A DNA stretch of 64,000 nucleotides from Neoechinorhynchus agilis (Eukaryota; Animalia; Acanthocephala). The stretch lies in the NCBI GenBank assembly GCA_051530055.1, contig CM121342.1:16197480-16261479 (forward strand), given 5' to 3'. The notes under the pieces were generated by a model, which was given only the letters and a program-made list of their open reading frames with translations, ran no database searches and had not been told where the DNA came from. How positions within the stretch are numbered: the stretch's first letter is position 1; every line of letters starts with the position of its first letter. Positions 12,504 through 24,700 of this stretch are shown here, one piece after another. Both the position numbers and the translations under genes were made by a program.

Positions 12504-13233
12504 ACTAGTAGATTGCTTATAGAATTTCTAAATATGTAATTGGTTGTTGTAATAATCTCATCTCTCTCCTCTGTTTTAAATAAACACATTTGGTTTTTAC
12601 TAATTAAAATGCTAGAAAGACAACGTTTAAATCATATCCTCGTCACTTCTTAGCATCAAGTTATCCCTAGATTTTTTTAGCAATTTTATCCAATTGTCGT
12701 ATCAGAAGGACATTTGTGAACCTCAATTCGTTTTTCTCGTACCAAGTTTGGTGGTCGCTCACAATCTATTAGTAAACGGTAGATTATCTTTAGAAAACTT
12801 TACCATCTTATCAATAATTCTTTATTCGATTGGAAGCTAAGGCTATAAAAACGATAATGATATAAACTAATGGTTATGTTTCTCACTAATTGGTATACGC
12901 CTCGACTCTAATCGCAAAATTTTTTATTTCATAGGCAAAATTAGAAACTGGGTGTGGCTCCCTCAAATAGCGGAGTAAAGAGATGAGAGATAAAATCAGC
13001 CAAAGCTTAATTATATCATTATCGAATTTTTGGATCAAATTACACTATTAAATTGGACTAATTATGAAGGAAGCAGGATTTGTGACTTATCTCGTTGGCT
13101 TCGCTGTAAACAATGTGCGATCAATTTTTCTAGAACATATTTTCTTAATATGTAGCATTTTCCAAAAATAATGAACTTACTAAAGGCGGCTACTAGAAAA
13201 TATAATGTTTGAAAATTGAATTATTTATATAGG

Positions 13234-13394
13234 TTGTTTTCTGGCGTAGAAATTAAGATGATTTTGTTTTTAAAATCCGATATTTCGGCACAATCTTGTA
13301 CGCCTTTTGATCAAGGTTGTAAATTGGCACAAGATTGTGCCGAAATATCGAATTTTAAAAATGAAATCATTTTAATTTCTACGCCATAAAACAA
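13234..13394. repeat. Imperfect fold-back, ~65-bp arms with a ~29-nt spacer (MITE-like)
   Basis: ttgttttctggcgtagaaattaagatgattt...tatttcggcacaatcttgt versus acaagattgtgccgaaatatcg...ttaatttctacgccataaaacaa. Confidence 0.85.
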
Positions 13395-13562
13395 AGACAA
13401 TATAATATTCTGTCTGATTCCTATCAAATGAAGAGCTTTCATTATACTTTCAGGCAGTATATTAATTTTTATATAGAGACTATTTTCTACTGCTAAAATG
13501 CTTTTCGTTACAGCTGTTCTTGATCAGAGAATTATTGTTTAAAGTCTTCAATAGGTAAATAA

Positions 13563-13696
13563 TTTTTTCGATTAAAAACTTTGCGAACCACGTAAGCGTT
13601 CATCATCTGTTTGTTATTTTTTGTTAAAAACGCTAAAATCTTACAAATTGATGATGAACCCCTTACGTGGTTCGCAGAAAGTTTTAAATCGAAAAA
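13563..13696. repeat. Imperfect fold-back, ~45-bp arms; a solo arm recurs at ~25260-25308
   Basis: tttttcgattaaaaactttgcgaaccacgtaagcgttcatcat versus atgatgaaccccttacgtggttcgcagaaagttttaaatcgaaaaa; tttttcgattaaaaaccttcttcgaaccacgtaaaagcgttcatcat at ~25260. Confidence 0.75.
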
Positions 13697-14429
13697 TCAT
13701 TTAACGCGGGTGAAGACTTCATAATAATTCTATTTACATATCGCGGCATCTCTTCACATATCGACGTTCTTGATTCATTTGCCCCTTTGATCCTGGTCGG
13801 CAAAATAATAAAAGAGCAAAATAGTAACCTGCAGCCAATAGGATTGCGATCTTATCAACACACACCCAGTGCAGTCTAACGTGCCCTACGAGTAACTCAG
13901 TGTGATGATCATTCCATAATGATGCTCTCATTCATTCGATGCCTACCAATCATCAACGTTCTCAAAATGACCTGTTTGACATTTTTTACAATTCTACTGA
14001 TTGTTACACTGCCAATTGCCATCTACATGTTTAAAAAAGTCGAAATATGTATCCACATATGTCTCACCGTCACTTGGAAGGTAAGACGAAAGCCGAGAAG
14101 ACGTCGGCGTGCCGTAGGCGGTATTAGATCAATTTCAAAGAAACTTAAAAATGTTGCACATGACATCGATTATTCCGACATTCTCATCAGTGCAAAAGTT
14201 TCAGTGTTTAAAAGTAACCACCACCAACAAAAAAGTAAGTCTTTTAAATAACCTTTAATGCACATTTTACCTGTAGATAAAATTTTATATCACACCATTG
14301 CTTCTCCGATTATAAATCTTTGAGAAAAATCTTTGCGTCAAACAAACGAATTTACGATTGACATTAAAAAATTCCTTTTTAATTTTGTGAGTTTGAAAAT
14401 AAAATGTATTTTGCCTAACATTACATTAT

Positions 14430-14587
14430 TAATCCTCTTGTGGCGATTCACAACCCGAGAGTCAGTTTTATTTTGTAATATTTCGTGGGCCATACCCACC
14501 TAAACAATGACAATGTTTGAAAAGGTGGGTAACGTTATATTACAAAATAAAACTGGCTCTCGGACTGTGAATCGCACAAGAGGATTA
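14430..14587. repeat. Imperfect fold-back with TA at both ends (MITE-like)
   Basis: taatcctcttgtggcgattcacaacccgagagtcagttttattttgtaatat versus atattacaaaataaaactggctctcggactgtgaatcgcacaagaggatta; inner tacccacc/ggtgggta. Confidence 0.85.
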
Positions 14588-16559
14588 CTTTTAACCCGAA
14601 TGTGATCATGAAGGATAATTACATTATTAATTCATTTTAAATTTCCAGTCATGGCAAAAATTCCAGATTTAGCTAATTTTCATCGTAAAGATGCATTTCG
14701 AAGGATTACAATATTATCAAGGGTAGATTCTCTCTGTCGGCAGTCATTTGTGGTCCTGGAAAAGTTTTCTTTTGACATAAAGAGCATTGAAAGTGCAGGA
14801 GAATTTTGCTGGATTCGGTATATAATTGCCTTTTTTGTTTCTCTTCTTAGTTAATCACTGCATCAATCACATTTTTCATTTCAAATTTCAAAGCGGTATT
14901 TCAGAGAGAAAACTTATTTTGGTTCAGACAATTATCTTACTCTATTAAAAGACTTTGAAAATTCACACCGATTTTCTCCGATTACACTTGTTCGTTCCTT
15001 TGGGACGAACAATGCTTTGAACTGAAATAAAGTATTTCTTCTATTCATATGCTCTTGAGCACTTAAAAAGCTCAAAGAGGCCGAGTCCACTTCACTAATC
15101 GTAATTTATACTTTCTTGCCTTAGAATGAGCCGTCGAGGTAATCACCTGTATACAGAGGCTAACACCACTTATTTGTTGCATTGTAATAGAGCTTGTCAT
15201 TTTGACAGCTAAAGTGCTAGTTGGTTCATTGTCTGCAAAGATCGTTTAGCAATAATCTTAGCGGTATTTTTTGATCTATATTAAGTCTCATCAAAAGAAA
15301 ACCAATAAGTTGAGCAAGCTCAAAAGCTTACACTCAATTTAATGATTTCACCGCTTGGAAAAATAGATCAAAGAAAACTTTGAGCTGTGAAATATTAAAA
15401 GCATACGAACGTAAAAATGACAGTTCATCCCTTTTAAATTTAAAGAATAGTGAAAAAAATTGTTGGCAGGATGACTAACAATCATCTGTAACTGCGTTTT
15501 TGGGGCGCGTAGATGTAATTTCAATCTGTAAAAAAATTACGCCAATTATAAGAAGGCCAATAAAGATGATTAAAAGAGGGCCAACAAAATAAAACTCAAT
15601 TTGGTTTTTTGCACGTAATTTCCGCTGAACTGAAAATTCGCTTTTAATCAGCCCTTAGTAAAAAAATCAAATAAAGATCGAAAGTGCAGAGTTGCAATAG
15701 TACAGCTCTTTAATTAAATATTTTGCCTGAAATTGAGAAGTATAAGAAATGTAAAAATTATTTGGCGATCAATTAAAAAATAATTATGTTAGAAAAATGA
15801 GTCAAGATAGCATCAATAGACTTTATTGATTAGTGTTTTAAATATAGAATTTCATCAGATTCGTTTAAATGTTGGAATGTTTTTCTTAAACTATCTAACC
15901 AATAAAAGTTTAGTACAATAATACTATTCCTTAAACTGAAAAAACGCTAACGCCGTCAAATTGCCAATCTATTCTCAAAAAACTTAATATACGATTAATT
16001 CTACATGTCAACATGAATGAAATTTTATTTTTACTCTGCTTAGACGGACGAACCATCGTGCAAAGTGCACCTCAGATTTGAATGGCAGTAGAATTTTAAG
16101 GACAATCATGTTTCGCATTTTAAAAATAAATTTCAAAGCTCAATTTAGCTAAGATTAATTTGTAAAATCATCAAACACTATATTAAGGTTGTTTGCTTGC
16201 TCATAATAAGGAGCTCCGTTGAGCGCTTTGTGCATTAGTAACGAATTTGTGATTACCTCTAAAAAATATGTTAATAAAATATTGGGATATAAAAAGCTTT
16301 ATTGTAAATAACACCTTATTGTTTTATTATTCGTTTATTACTAATCGTAATCGGTTCAGCAGAGCGTGTGATATTCCTTTTTTAAAACTGGGATTAAGTG
16401 AGTAATGTACTTCAAACTGACGTTTGCAACTCGTTAAACCCCTCGAGTAAAGATGTTCAACATGCTAGCGGTCGCTTGGTCGTATATGAGAAGTACGATC
16501 TTGAGCCCAAATGGAAAATATTCCGAAGAACGAAATTATGTGCTTATGAATCCAAAGTT

Positions 16560-17510
16560 GGTGTGGAGATTCAGGCAGCGAGAAGGTACCCGTCAATGGT
16601 TGCAAACAATCAGTTTGGGACTCACTCCTGGTAGCGAGAATTCACAACTCTTTAATTTACTCGATTGGCGGCAGTCTCTACAAGAGAATTGGGTGCCTGG
16701 CTCAACGCTATCATATCGCTTCTGTGGGTACCCTTCTCTCCGACGAAACAGTAAGGATTGTAGTGTCCCTGAGACTTCGGCTACAGACATCCCATCGCTG
16801 CCTTTGCGGGAAGCCATGGTCTCGTCTGTCGGCAATCAGGCGAAAGATACTCACGACACACCGAAGTGAACGCGATTCTTAGCCGTGCCCTGAATACTGT
16901 GAATGCGCCCAACATCCAAGAGCCGAGCAATCTTTGCCGATTCGATGGCCGCCGTAGACCGGACGGTGTCACAGTATTCCCGTGGCAAGAAGGAAAATGC
17001 CTTCTCCGGGACGCTACGTTCATGTACACGATCGCAGTCAGCAACATAAGATTCGCTACCATTACACCAGGGGAGCAGAAACCACCGCTGAGGAACGCAA
17101 AAGAGCAAAATACAGGCACCTGAGTCGAAATCATTATTTTGTTCCCTTTGATGTCGAGTCGCTCGGGTTGTTTGGTACCGTGGCGCAGGACCTGGTCAAG
17201 CAATTGTCCAAGAGGCTCAGACGAATCACTGGCGATCAGAGGGCAGGAGCATTTTTCCTACAAAACATTAGTCTGGCTGTGCAACGGGAGGGAACGCTGC
17301 ATCCGTCCTTTCGACCGTTACACCAGGACGGCAGCTGAGTGATCCAGAGCGGTGGTGTGAATGATCCAACACTATCTATTTTTTTCTTTTTGCATTGTAT
17401 AAAAAGAATTTGTTACGGTCATTAGATTGGCAGCACCAAAATTTTCTAAGTAGCAAAAAACCGAGCAGAGCGGTGGTGTGAATGATTTCTGCTCCGAAAT
17501 TCTGGAGGTT
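16560..17510 (+). mobile_element. CRE-clade non-LTR retrotransposon 3' fragment, heavily frameshifted, with 3' UTR
   Basis: Motifs GAWLNA, LLSDETVRIVVSLRL, HRCLCG, EVNAILSRAL..QEPSNLCRFDGRRRPDGVTVFPWQEGKCLLRDAT, AEERKRAKY, FVPFDVESLG and FLQNISLAVQR. Confidence 0.85.
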
Positions 17511-17997
17511 ATGTTAATAAACTAAAAGTGGAAAATAAAAGTTTTACAAAGTTCTAAATGTTAAAATTTTCAATTAATGTATGAAGCATTCATTTGGTAC
17601 GTGGAATGGCCGGTCTTTTTTTATAAAAGTTAAAGTATGCCAAGTACAGCGATTTTAAAAGTTAGCAATTAAAGCTTTAATGTTAAAGAGACCGTTTAAA
17701 ATAAAGCCCAAGAAAAAACGAGACACAGTACTGCAATTTTTTTATAGAGGCAAATGAGAACGTTTAACATAAGTGATATGAGAATGACTCACTTAGCGAG
17801 TAGGAAAGCGTTTATTCTTTAAAGAGATGAAGATAAATATTGTTAAACGATATTTATAAGCAGCCATTTACTACCTGTTTGTCTAGACTTTGTCATATAT
17901 TCTAAAAAGGACGAGAGTATTTTAAAGCTAAAAATACTTAAAATTTAGGCTTTTAGTTTATTAAGAGAAAATAAAAACGTGATCCAAAAGCAGACGT

Positions 17998-18434
17998 TCA
18001 TTTCTTCTCATCGGTAACAAGAACAGTCTTCGGTACTTCGACAATTTTGATTTGAATTGGCTGCTGGGGCGGAGAATTCAATGGCGAGATCCCATATTTT
18101 GACAGAAGTCTATCGGATTTAAGTTCCTTGTGAACCACGAACGTGTGTGAAAATAGCGCTATAAGTCAAAATGGCAAAATCACCTGATTGCCATGCATCA
18201 ACTTAAAATTTATGTCCTTTAGTTCTAATAAATCAACTAATCGCCTTTTCAGTTCTTCTATAAGTGTCTCACACGGGTTTGTGTTCATTACGATCCGTAG
18301 GTTTTCATAAGTGACAATCAAATGGGCTTCACCCTAACAAAGCATATTTTGAGGGATTTTTAAAAAAACTCACGAACCCTAAATAAGTTTAATAAATCCA
18401 AGTCGTCCTTTATTTCGGATAAATAAGCTGGCAT
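17998..18434 (-). CDS. Ubiquitin-like protein resembling Elongin B (3 exons)
   Basis: Manual splicing gives MPAYLSEIKDDLDLLNLFR|GEAHLIVTYENLRIVMNTNPCETLIEELKRRLVDLLELKDINFKLMHGNQ|ELKSDRLLSKYGISPLNSPPQQPIQIKIVEVPK. This fits a ubiquitin fold with an Elongin-B-like P..P..I.I tail. Orthology is not certain. Confidence 0.6.
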
Positions 18435-18770
18435 CTTTAGAGAAATCCGCTGGCCACCTTGAAGTCGAGGTTAAGATAAAATCTGAAATTATTCATTATC
18501 GCCCTATAATAAAGTTCATGACGCGACAACATGTCAATCTTGAACGAAACTAAGACACAATAAACAAAGATTCAAAGTCAAAAATATTTTGAGTGATACA
18601 AATGCAATTGTATAAGTAAAATAGAGGGAGAGCTTCATGTGTTTTCAGAAACATGGTCAATTTTAGATTAGCTTTCTGTGTAAAAGTTATCTAAGAAAAA
18701 GTGAACAAAGAACCCATTCCGTGACATATAAACGAGAGAAAACGATTTCTAGTCTACGTGTTAAAACTTA

Positions 18771-21700
18771 TCAATCAAACAATCTCCAAATTCTAATTGA
18801 ATGGTCAGCAGAAGCAGTGGCGATTAAATTAAGTTGATCGTGTTTGATCGTCCGTATTGAAGTGACTACGTTCGAATGACCAATTGGTGCTGATGAAATC
18901 GCAAATCTGTTCTTGGAAGGGTGCCGTGTTTGATAATTACAAGAATAGACCGAAATTGGCTTCCGTTGCAAGCGTAGGGATTCGAGTGTATTTGGAATAT
19001 CTGCGCTATCTTCACAGTAATTGAACTGCTCAGTTGTATCGAAGAAATTCGGGATTATCATTTTGGATTTTTCTGGACTACACGAGTTCCATAACCTAAC
19101 ACGGCCATCGGTGCCTCCTATTAGAAAACTATCAGGCGACAGAGTTTCGATTGCACTTAAATATCGCCAATCATACGACGAGTCCGGTATCGTTGATGTA
19201 AATGTGTTCAGCAGTCGACACTGCAAAATATCGATAACGAACGCTTTTGGGCATCGTGAAGAGCTAATGAGCGTTCGAATTTGGTCAACGTGTCGAATCC
19301 GGTGAATGCTTTGATCTTAATAGAAAAACTAATCACTTGTTGCAAAGATTTTTTTAGAACGAATGGGACAATACAAACGTAGACTAATTTTGGTGTTTTG
19401 CAAAAAGAACAGTCGAAAATTTCTTGAGATATATTAATGAAGTGGCGAAATACCTAAAAAGCGAGAACATTTTAAAATCCTATCTCCCCATTGAGACAAT
19501 TGGTTATATTAGAGCCAAAAGTACCAGAGAATTTTTAACATTGGAAAATGGTTGGTCCCAACAACACTTCTATGCATCCAACCATTTTTTCTATCGTGGA
19601 ATCAACGATTCAGAAACGAATGGATGGATCCTCGATTAAGCAATGCAGGATAAAGATGTTCCTAAGTTCAATGTCGGACTTTTATAAAAAAAGAACATGT
19701 CGGGGGTGGAAATATGTTTTCTTTTTCTTAGTTCTGCCACTCCTCAGAGATTCAAAAATTCACTGATTTATTTCCCCGATATTTCACCTCTCGGATAGTT
19801 CCGACATTTCCTCTCAAGGTTTGTCTAGATTAAACAATTTAACAACGACATTGAGGAAATGTCGGAACTATCCGAGAGGTGAAATATAGGGGGAAATTGA
19901 ACGTAAAATCCATTAGTATGTGGCGGTAGAGAAAATTATATATCCAAGAATCACTTTAATTGAACTATTTCGTCCAACCACACTGGACTTCTTCACATAT
20001 TTAAAACTTACAAGCAATAATTGACTGAAAAAGTCCAGTGTGATTGGACGAAATAGTTCAATTAAAGTGATTCTTGAATATATAATTTTCTCTACCGCCA
20101 CATATCAGGGAAATAAATCATCGTTGAATTTTTGAATCCCCGAGGAGTGGCAAAATTAAGAAGAGAAGGAAAAATTGAGCATTTTGAAAAATAATAAGTA
20201 AAACAATCGGTCAAGATATTTAAAGACACATTCATATTTTGCAATTTGGCATCATTCGTTAGAAAAATGGAATACATTCCTAGCTTGAATTTTGTTTAAG
20301 ACTAAAAAAGGTGTACTCATTACCGAGATTGTTACCAAAGAAAATACCCAAAGAAAGAGTCTGAGAAAGAACGTACATTATTCTGACATTAGCGTCGATT
20401 TGTACTATTCATAATCCTACAAGTTTATTTGGTCTCATTTTTTTTATAAAATTAGATTGTTTTTTTCTCACTTACCCTTTTCGGGACAAAAAGCGTTTAC
20501 ATATATTCCGAATCTGAGATCGCACAATTGAACGTATCCAAGATTTGTTCCGATTGAAACGATTTGATCGGACATTGCACTCATGCAGGTTGGTTCTCCT
20601 GTTGTTGTTTTTATAGATATAACCATGAGTAGACAGCGGGACGCTTTACTGGACGCAGCGAGCAACAACGTTAAACCTTTCAGGGACCAAGACCGATTTT
20701 TGCCGATCGCAAACGTCGGTAAGGTCATGCGGAACGCACTCGGAAAAAAAGCAAAGATCTCACTCGATTCCAAGGAATGCATCCAAGAATGCGTAAGTGA
20801 GTTTATCAGCTTTGTCACAATGGAGTGAGTATTCTTTATCTTTACAAAAGCAAAGACGTCTCTATAATTGCCCTTTATTCAGAGCTGCCGAGAAATGCGC
20901 TATTGAAAAAAGGAAAACAATGACCGGAGAGGATCTACTTTTTGCACTCAAAAAACTAGGGTTCGACAACCATGCAGATGCAATGAGCATTTTCTTGGCA
21001 AAGTACAAAGCAATGAGTGCTCATTTAACTGATGGATTTGTCGCTGATATTGCCAATTCCTCGTCTGTTAATGGAGGTAGTCCAGTAGGTAGTTTATTTC
21101 AATTTAATGGTTCCGGAACTAATTCCAGGAAAGCGAAAATGTCGGCGAAGAAAACCAAGTCGACGAGGTAATGATCGACATATGTGAATTTAACGCTCAA
21201 TAAATTTAAATGTTTGGTGCTAGAAGTTTTTGTTCCGGGAAATCTCGGCTCGAGCTGATAAAACCACATTTCTCAGAAAAAAACGTTTTGAAACCAACTT
21301 TATTTGTTATAAATATTTTCGTGCTAAAACAAAACGTTACAGAGAACCCGTTGGTAGCGTAAATGAACATTCTAATAATTAATAGTAATGACTTTATATA
21401 TTAGAAAGTAATCTTATAACTAAAGTCAAGGATGCCCATTCAATTTTTATTTCGGTCATCAAAGAATAGATCGGCACGTCTAAACACTACAGCTCGCGTT
21501 TGTATGCAAACAAATCAGAAGGTGGAACTTTAAGTGAGAACAACTAATACATACCCTGCTCTGGTGGCAAATCTATCACTAGTTCGATCTTTGCTTCCGT
21601 CCGTCGATCGATAACATTAAGACACGAATCGGATGTTACTAGGAGATTGCCGCAAATATCAGTTGGATATATCGCTTCATTGACTCTCGTTGACTTCAAA

Positions 21701-24700
21701 CGGATCAGATCTGGTTCTATAAGGGCGTCATCTTCTCGGAGACTACAGGATGTTTATCGCTAAATATTATGACAATTCAAGTGTACTGACTTAAACAACG
21801 ATATAATGCTTCGCCTGCACCCGACATAAAACGAATTGCGATCAATAAACGAAATACAATTGATCCGACAATTGCTATCCATTAGGTCGTTCAATTTAAA
21901 GGTTTGTAGTGACCGAATACAGCATCGATTTTGAATGTTGCTAATGTTCCACACCTTGACCACACAATCAAGATCAGCACTTACGGCAACTCCGTCGTTG
22001 TTTGTCTCGAAACTAAAGAAATCATCTAATTATATGCTCATAATATCACTTCGGACTTACATGCGAACGCCAGATTCGTGTTCAATTGTATAAAATGCAA
22101 GTTCTACATCTCTAATCGAAACCGGTTGTACCCGTTCCATTTTCGGAATAGCATTGAGCGATCCAATAGTCTCGGAGTGGATAGTGAGACTGTCGGTACA
22201 AGCAATTTCATCATTATCTTTCAGGTTGATGGGAATCTGCTTAGGAAGGAACGCGATAGACTTCTGACTGTACATATATTTGGACATTGTCTTCTCGTTA
22301 CGTCCAATATCGCAAAACCGTTTTACATACACTTCGTAATCTTCTTTATCATAAATTCGTCCAATTTCTTCGCCCAATTCTTTTATCCGAGATCGAAGCT
22401 CATGACGGTTTCCATAGGCGGCCATTGTTGCGTGGAATGCCCGAATCAACTCAAATCTACGGATTGAACATGCAGCATTAAGTATAAGTCGAATGGTAGC
22501 GTCCACGATTGTTATGTTCTCATCGGAGAGTCCGTGTGGGATAAAACTCCGAATGAAGTCAGTCACGAATGGAGCTGTGTAACTGGATGCAATGTTGTTT
22601 AAGTAGTTGAAAAATGAAAGACGGTGTCTCCAGTCGGATGTCGATCGATTAGGAATTGTACCCATATTTAACAAAAGAAAGGACAGAACCCTTTGTGCAC
22701 CAACATAAGGGATCATCTTGTTCATGAATCTTTCAAGACATTGCATGGCGTGACTTCTCGATCTCATTACCTTAAGATCAAATAAAACTGAGAGCTCAAT
22801 CTTTAGCTATCATGGAAATTTTGATTACCGTAAAGGGAAAACAGCATCAACACAAATGGTCATTCAAATGATTGACTATTAATGCTAAGAATTTCAAAAA
22901 ATTAATCAATGTTCCCAACTCAATAGCGGCAGTTTGTGCATGAAGGATACATGGCTACAACCGCAGATAATTTTGTCTTTAACGTACAAAATCTATAGGT
23001 GAGATCGGACTCAAACAGTTGAACTACTACTTCACAATTGTTATAATCATTTATTCGTACAAATTCCTCTTTATCTCCACGTAGAAATGAAATCTAAAGT
23101 TCAATGATAATTATAGAATCAACAGTCCGAGTTTCGGACCATCTTGAGTGCTCGACTGTCTCGTTTAATGCTGCAATTGTTTAAATGACTTTTCAAGAAA
23201 ATGAACAAACTAATAGATGCCACAGAGAAGATCAACCTTCCCATGTAATATATGAGAGTTCACGCTTTATCACGTCGGAAGGGGTCGTCTTGTCAAGAGT
23301 AAGAAGATGCATCATTCTAGTCTCTGCCCAATTCCAAAGAGTATCCAAACTCTTATTCCTCTCGTCTCTATCGCATTCAGTTTTCGTTATTTCACTTCAA
23401 GGTTTTCACACGTTTACTTTCAAGATAAGAGACTACTTACTTCATAGCATAGGCCACAATATCACTTAAGTAGTAGTAATAGGTTCGAACCCACATATAG
23501 GACGCTTTTAATTTTGGAGATTCCTAAATAGTATTTTAATAAAACAGGAATGTAGCGAAATTTAACACTGTACAAGGCAATGGAGGATATAGGGTGAAAT
23601 TGGTTGCAAACAACTGCTTCCATCTTCCAAATTGCTTAGGGTCTCCAGTACTTTCGAAAGTAGGGCAATTGATGCCACTTTCACTCTGCTTTCTCGTTCC
23701 TTCATCATCTCAAGCTAGAGAGTTCTTGTTTTTAAACTATAAAACCTTCTGAGCACGTACGCAGAATGGGATTACACGATTCCTTATAAAATCTATCGGA
23801 AGGCGTTCAGCAAATGAATCAATCACTTCGATTCCTTTCAATTTTACGTCGGAACACTAAATCATCGCAACGTTAAAAAAGGAAAATGCAAGAATGACGA
23901 ACCATTTGATTGCTTAGATTAGCGAATACGATGAGACTAAGAAAGCAGATTATATCCGAGTCCGTTCGGGATTGAGTTGCGGCTGACAGGATTTGATTAA
24001 GATTTTCAATTCTAAGCTATTATAAACAACACCCAGCTGTCCATGAACTTAATATCCAAAACATCCAACCACAACTTCCAATTTCTCTTCTTATGTTTCT
24101 CTGTGAAAAAGCAACGTGCGACAAACCTACTACTTTGGATCAAGCAACTCGAAAACTCAATTCGAAAAATTTGCTATCGTTTTTATAATAGCACTAATAT
24201 GGTCGAAATTTCACATGGTAAGTTACAACGAGTAAGCTACCTATGGATTCTTTAGGTAGAAGAAAGTTATAAATTTACGATTGTCGTGCTCGTACAAAAT
24301 TACCCAATGATATTCTGGGATGTATAAAATTCCATTTAACTATAACACAGCGGTAAGCTATTCCACGTTGAACAAAAATCTCCATATTTCTTGTTGAATT
24401 TAGTTTTATAACAAAAATTCATCGATATTGAGCTAAGTATTGTTAGCTAAAAACCATGATAGTCCAGAAATATACAATTTAGATGTATGAGTTAGATTTA
24501 CGTCCTAACTGAATAAATCGCATGCTAAAAACTCATGGACAGTGTTGCATTGAAAATCGTCATTGGTACTGTCATCGCCGAATCCTTTGACGACCAAATC
24601 ATTGTAAAGCTCTTTAACGGCCTCAGAAGACGTCAAATGATTATCAACTAAGTCGTTGATGTATGTGAGAGCAATCATACTGCTGTTGAAAAGGACTTGA

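Noticed and set aside
13734-14251. ORFs 13734-13931 (-) and 13919-14251 (+) as genes
   Set aside because: No family motif and no consistent exon chain was found on either strand, so there is insufficient support.
23440-23500. tRNA gene (ggttcgaaccc box B)
   Set aside because: There is no acceptor stem or cloverleaf, and it lies within the VPS15 gene region.
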